Of a stretch of 64,000 nt of DNA, positions 58,197 through 64,000 are shown one piece after another. Position numbers and translations under genes: made by a program. The stretch's first letter is position 1. Each line of letters opens with the position of its first letter. Below the pieces are notes generated by a model, which was not told the origin of the DNA, searched no databases, and saw only the letters and a program-made list of their open reading frames with translations. Source of the stretch: an uncultured Oscillospiraceae bacterium (GTDB lineage Bacteria > Bacillota > Clostridia > Oscillospirales > Oscillospiraceae); assembly GCA_944387015.1 (NCBI GenBank), contig CALXDH010000007.1, positions 3,060 to 67,059 on the forward strand, in the 5' to 3' direction.

Positions 58197-59065
58197 TCAC
58201 AGCGCAGCCTGGGCGCCGCCCACCACCTCGGTGATCTCCTGGGTGATGGCGGACTGCCGGGCGCGGTTATAGGAGAGGTTCAGGGTCTGGAGCATGGCTC
58301 TGGCGTTGTCGCTGGAGGACTTCATGGCCGTCATCCGGGCGTTTTGCTCGGAGCAGTAGGACTCCACCAGCGCGCCGAAGATGTCGCCTTTGATATAGCC
58401 GGGCACCAGGCGGTTCATGACCGCCCGGACGGAGGGGACGTAGGTCACGTCCCGGTTGTAGCTGTCCCGGTTGGCCTCAAATTCAGGAAAGACGTCCGGG
58501 TCCAGCGGCAGCAGCTTGTGAACGGTTGGCTCCATCTGGAAGGAGTTGACCATCTTGGTGAAAAGGATGTAGACCTCATCCAGCTTTCCGTCCAGGTAGA
58601 GATCCATCATCAGCTCGGCGATCTCCCGGGCGCGGTGGGTGCTGGGGTCCTGGGCCGTATAGAGGAATTCCACGTCGATGGGAATCCCCCGCTCCTGGAA
58701 ATAGGAGCGGCCCGCCTGCCCCACCACAAACAGGGAAAAGTTCGGCTTTTTGGCCATTTTTTCCTCTGCCAGCTTTAAAATGTTGTGGTTGTAGGCGCCG
58801 GCCAAGCCCTTGTCGGCGGTGATGACCACAATGCCAGTCTTCCGCTTTTCCGGCGGGATGCCGGGGCGCTTGTCGAAGAAGGGGTGGTGGATCTCCGGGG
58901 AGTGGTGCAGGATGTCGGAGATGGTCAGCTCGATCTTCCGGAAGTAGGGCTCTACATCGTTGAGCTGCTTGCGGGCCTTGCGCAGGTTGGAAGAGGAGAT
59001 GAGGTACATGGCGTTGGTGATCTTCAGCGTCTGCTCCACACTCTTGATGTGGGTACGGATCTCTT

Positions 59066-59078
<13 letters not shown>
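58197..59078 (-). CDS. atpG: F1 ATP synthase gamma subunit
   Basis: [27 protein letters not shown] and [18 protein letters not shown]. Confidence 0.97.
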
Positions 59079-60582
<1,504 letters not shown>

Positions 60583-60586
<4 letters not shown>

Positions 60587-61107
60587 GCCATTCGCCTCTC
60601 TTCCAGTTGCCGGGTCAGACCGGCCAGCGCCCCCCGGACGCTTTTATCGTACGTGACGCCCTCCAGTTCCAGTGTGAAGCCGCCCAGCAGGGAGGGGTCC
60701 ATGCGGACGTCAAAGAGGATGTCACGCTTGTGATGGAGCCTGCATAAGGCAAGGCGGAGCTTTGAAAGCTCCGCCGCCTCCAGAGGCCGGACACAGGTGA
60801 GTACGCACCGGGCGCAGTCCCGCTGTGCCAGCGCCAAATCCCGGAAGGCATCCAGAATCTCAGGCAGGAGATCCATGCGCCCCTTGTCCGCCAGCAGCTG
60901 GTAAAAATGCAGCAGCGTCTCACAGCCCTGCAAATCGGGAAGCCGGGCCAGGATCCGCTCCTTTTCCTCCGCCCGGACGGCGGGGGAGCGGAGGGCGGCC
61001 CACAGGGCCGTGTCCTCCATCAGGGCGCCGGCGGTGCGGCGCAGGGCCTCTTCGTCATGGGTCAGCCCATAGAGTGCCTGGGCATACCGGCGGGCAAGAT
61101 CACTCAT
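60583..61107 (-). CDS. atpH: F1 ATP synthase delta subunit
   Basis: [16 protein letters not shown] and YDKSVR; sits between atpF and atpA. Confidence 0.9.
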
Positions 61108-61592
61108 GCCTGCTCACCCACTTCCGACAAAAAGGCGTCTACCAGCGCCCGGTCGCCGTCACGGTCCAAAGAGGCCTGGGCCACCTTGGAAGCGGCCAGC
61201 AGAGCTAGGGAAGCCACCTCGTTCCGGGCACCCCGGAGCATGGCGTCCCGCTCGGCGGCGATCTGGGCCTCGGCCTCGCTGCGCACCTTTTTGACGTCGG
61301 CTTCGGCGTCGGCCAGCTTCGCCTCGTAGGCCCGCTGGGCTCTGTTCTGAGCGTCGGCCACCAGCTTGGCGGCCTCATGCCGGGCATCGGTGAGGCGGGC
61401 TTCATACTCGCTCTTGTAGGCCTCCGCCTGGCGGCTGCTGGCCTCCGCGGAGTCGATCTCCTGCTTGACCAGGGCCGCCCGAGCCTCCAGCACGGCATTC
61501 ACCCGGCCGAACAGGACCTTTTTCAAAATCAGATAGAGCACCACCAGATTGATCACGGTGAACACAATGGTGGAAGCTTGGAAGTCCAGCAT
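61104..61592 (-). CDS. atpF: Fo ATP synthase b subunit
   Basis: N-terminal TM (INLVVLYLILKKVLF) followed by a long coiled coil. Confidence 0.93.
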   Translation of the reverse strand: MLDFQASTIVFTVINLVVLYLILKKVLFGRVNAVLEARAALVKQEIDSAEASSRQAEAYKSEYEARLTDARHEAAKLVADAQNRAQRAYEAKLADAEADVKKVRSEAEAQIAAERDAMLRGARNEVASLALLAASKVAQASLDRDGDRALVDAFLSEVGEQA

Positions 61593-61606
61593 TGGGGACG
61601 CCCCCT

Positions 61607-61825
61607 TTAACCGATGAAGATGATGAGCAGGGCCGTGATGAAGCCGAAGATGGCGGTGCCTTCTGCCAGGGCGCAGCCCAGCAGCAGTGCGCTGTTGATC
61701 TTGCCGGAAGCCTCCGGTTGGCGGGCGATGGCCTCGCTGGCCTTGCCGGTGGCAAATCCGATTCCGATACCGGCACCCACGCCGGTGAACACAGCCAGAG
61801 CCGCAGCGATGATTGCGATAGACAT
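61607..61825 (-). CDS. atpE: Fo ATP synthase c subunit
   Basis: GAGIGIG, ARQPE loop and LAEGTAIF. Confidence 0.96.
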   Translation of the reverse strand: MSIAIIAAALAVFTGVGAGIGIGFATGKASEAIARQPEASGKINSALLLGCALAEGTAIFGFITALLIIFIG

Positions 61826-61844
61826 AATTGAGTTCCTCCTTGAA

Positions 61845-62549
61845 TCAGTTGGGTGAATCTTCTTCCTTGATGCCCTCGCCGGTAAACAGCGTGGTCAGAA
61901 ATACAAAGACGACCGTTTGGATCAGCCCGTCAAACAGATCGAAGTACAGACTGAATACCGCCGGCACCACCGCAGGCACCACAAACTTGAGCATTTCCAT
62001 AATGATGAACGCGCCCAGAATGTTGCCGAACAGCCGCATACAAAGGGCCAGAGGCCGGACCGCCACCTCCATCAGATTGATGGGGATGAGCAGAGGCATG
62101 GGCTCGGCGAATTTCTTCAATCCGCCCAGAGGGCCGTTGTACCGGAACTGCGCGCCGTAGATGAGCAGCATACTCATCAGGGCCAGCGCCGCGGTGACGC
62201 TGATGTCCTTGGTAGGGGGCGTCAGGCCGAAGATGCCGATGATATTGGACAGCGCGATGTACAGCGCCACCGTTCCCAGCCAGGGGACGAAGGGCCGCCA
62301 GTGGGGTCCCAGGTTTTCCTTCAAAAACCCGTTGAAAAACTGCACGCCGCTTTCCAGCGCCACCTGGATCTTGCCCGGATTGCGGACGCTCAGCCGGCTG
62401 GTCAGGGCCAGGGCCAGGATCACCAGCACCGCCATCACGATCCACGACACCACGACGGATTCCGCCACCGGGATTCCGCCCAGCAGCGGGATGGTGAACG
62501 CGGTCTTGTTCCCCAGCTCTTCCACCAGGGTCTCCTGAAATGCATCCAA
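61845..62549 (-). CDS. atpB: Fo ATP synthase a subunit
   Basis: PPTKDISVT and RPLALCMRLFGNI (essential Arg), LIQTVVF. TTG start inferred 8 nt after a GAGGTG RBS. Confidence 0.94.
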   Translation of the reverse strand: MDAFQETLVEELGNKTAFTIPLLGGIPVAESVVVSWIVMAVLVILALALTSRLSVRNPGKIQVALESGVQFFNGFLKENLGPHWRPFVPWLGTVALYIALSNIIGIFGLTPPTKDISVTAALALMSMLLIYGAQFRYNGPLGGLKKFAEPMPLLIPINLMEVAVRPLALCMRLFGNILGAFIIMEMLKFVVPAVVPAVFSLYFDLFDGLIQTVVFVFLTTLFTGEGIKEEDSPN

Positions 62550-62643
62550 ACACACATCACCTCGTTTTCGCGTGGGCTATCTTACTGCTGCGGTTTCCAT
62601 TTGGGAACCCTTTTGAAAGTAAAAAAAGTATTGAAACCAAAAA

Positions 62644-63135
62644 TCACGCCGGCCGGTCCAGCACGGTGCCCATGGGGAAGGCGGTGCGGAAGACCTTGCG
62701 GACCAGGGGACCGGCAATGAGCAGCTGAAGGGGCAGCGCCATCACGAAGTTGCGGGGGATGTTCAGCAGCCAGCGCAGGGGCACGCCTGCCCAGTCACCC
62801 GTGTGTACCGCGCCTTCACAGGCACCGTAGAGGGACATGATGAGGACCATGGGCACCACCATGCAGCAGGAGATGCAGATGACTTTCTTCAGGGGGGCAT
62901 CCTCCGGCTTTACCAGGAAGCGGAAGGCAAATCCCTTGGCAATCTCGGAGACCAAAAACCAGTCGCAGCACATGGCGAACACGTAGGCTACGGGGAATCC
63001 CAGCCAGGCGTCCCGGACGACCTCTCCGCTCAGATGACCATACTGCATGGCCACGTTGTAGACGCTCATCCAGAGCACCATCACAAAGCACATCAAAACG
63101 GTGTAGATCAGACTTTCTCTCTTATTTGTGGGCAT
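62644..63135 (-). CDS. DUF2798-like membrane protein
   Basis: MPTNKRESLIYT, MVLIMSLYG and NFVMALPLQLLIAGPLVR; hydrophobic; AAGGAG RBS. Confidence 0.75.
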   Translation of the reverse strand: MPTNKRESLIYTVLMCFVMVLWMSVYNVAMQYGHLSGEVVRDAWLGFPVAYVFAMCCDWFLVSEIAKGFAFRFLVKPEDAPLKKVICISCCMVVPMVLIMSLYGACEGAVHTGDWAGVPLRWLLNIPRNFVMALPLQLLIAGPLVRKVFRTAFPMGTVLDRPA

Positions 63136-63340
63136 ATTCGTTCTCCTTTCTGATGTCCGGCTTTTTGCCGGACGCAAACATGAAAAATTATACCGCTGCG
63201 GTTTTGCCCTTCGTAATTGTGGGTTTTTCTAAAGTTAAGCGAAAAAACATGCAAAATGTGCTCCAATTTGACAGGAGGCCTCCGGTTTGACAGCGCTTTG
63301 GATTTTTTCTATACTAGAAAGGAAAAAGGAGGCATGTCCG

Positions 63341-64000
63341 ATGTCCACAAAAGCCAGGACCTCGATCCGCGCGCAGCTGATGCGCCTGAGCCTTGTGATC
63401 GTTGTGGTGTCCATCGCCCTTTCGCTGGTGGGGACCCTTTCCTATACGCTCCATACGGAGCAGCAGTCTCTGGACAGCAACCTCATCAACTCCGCCTCCA
63501 TCCTGGCCCAGGTGCCTCTGGTGCAGTCCGCTTTGCTGGATGAGCTGCCTGCGGAGGATCTGGCGGACTTTCTGGACGAGACCACGGCCCGCACGTCGGA
63601 TATTGATCTGATCCTGGTGACGGATCGGGAGAATATCCTGCGCTATGTGCCGGACCGGGAGTTGACCGGAGACCTGTATACCGGCACGGCTCAGCTCCCC
63701 GCCCTGGCGGGAGCGGAGCCCTATATCTCCAACGAGACTGGTCCCATGGGGACCGACCACTCGGCCTATGCGCCGGTGCGGGACCAGACGGGGGAGATCA
63801 TCGGTGTGGTGATCGTGGGCGTCTATGTCCGCAGCATGGCCCAGGTGACGATGAACACGGTGCTGTGCCTGCTGGGGATTGGCATCGTGGCGGCGGTGCT
63901 GGGGGCGCTGCTGGCACGGCGGCTTTCCGGGCGCATCAAGCAGTCCCTTCTGGGCTATGAGCCGGACGTCTTTGCCCGGGAGTTTTTGCGGCAGGAAGGC
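63341..64000 (+). CDS. CitA/DcuS-family sensor histidine kinase, 3' truncated by the window edge
   Basis: My translation from ATG 63341 (AGGAGG RBS): TM1, Cache-like sensor (TGPMG...APVRD..GEIIGVVIVG), TM2, then IKQSLLGYEP. Frame is open to the end. Confidence 0.85.
   Translation, partial: MSTKARTSIRAQLMRLSLVIVVVSIALSLVGTLSYTLHTEQQSLDSNLINSASILAQVPLVQSALLDELPAEDLADFLDETTARTSDIDLILVTDRENILRYVPDRELTGDLYTGTAQLPALAGAEPYISNETGPMGTDHSAYAPVRDQTGEIIGVVIVGVYVRSMAQVTMNTVLCLLGIGIVAAVLGALLARRLSGRIKQSLLGYEPDVFAREFLRQEG

Overview
High-GC Firmicutes (Clostridia-like; an Oscillospiraceae-type origin is my inference from gene content) chromosomal window, mostly housekeeping genes. It holds DUF1385-prmC-recA-recX-rimO-pgsA, nifS-nifU, serC, gdhA, ruvX, rpmG-secE-nusG-rplKAJL with L1 and L10 leaders, tcdA, a PPIase, a 6S RNA that the ORF track cannot show, PBP1A and a complete atpBEFHAGDC operon. 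Accessory modules: two tandem ECF sigma/anti-sigma pairs (the second sigma has two mutually compensating frameshifts); a molybdenum cofactor/molybdate uptake operon lacking moaD/moaE, divergent from yqeC-yqeB-selD, with a repeated 24-bp ModE-like box and an unusual YqeB C-terminal extension; an FHA-SEDS fusion next to a class B PBP; and an MMPL transporter coupled to a ~1160-aa membrane-anchored GLUG-repeat protein with a large helical insertion. The MMPL pair and the Mo/Se locus are the best candidates for uncharacterised systems. I found no rRNA, tRNA, CRISPR array, transposase or integrase. All family assignments come from motif recognition by eye, not from database searches.
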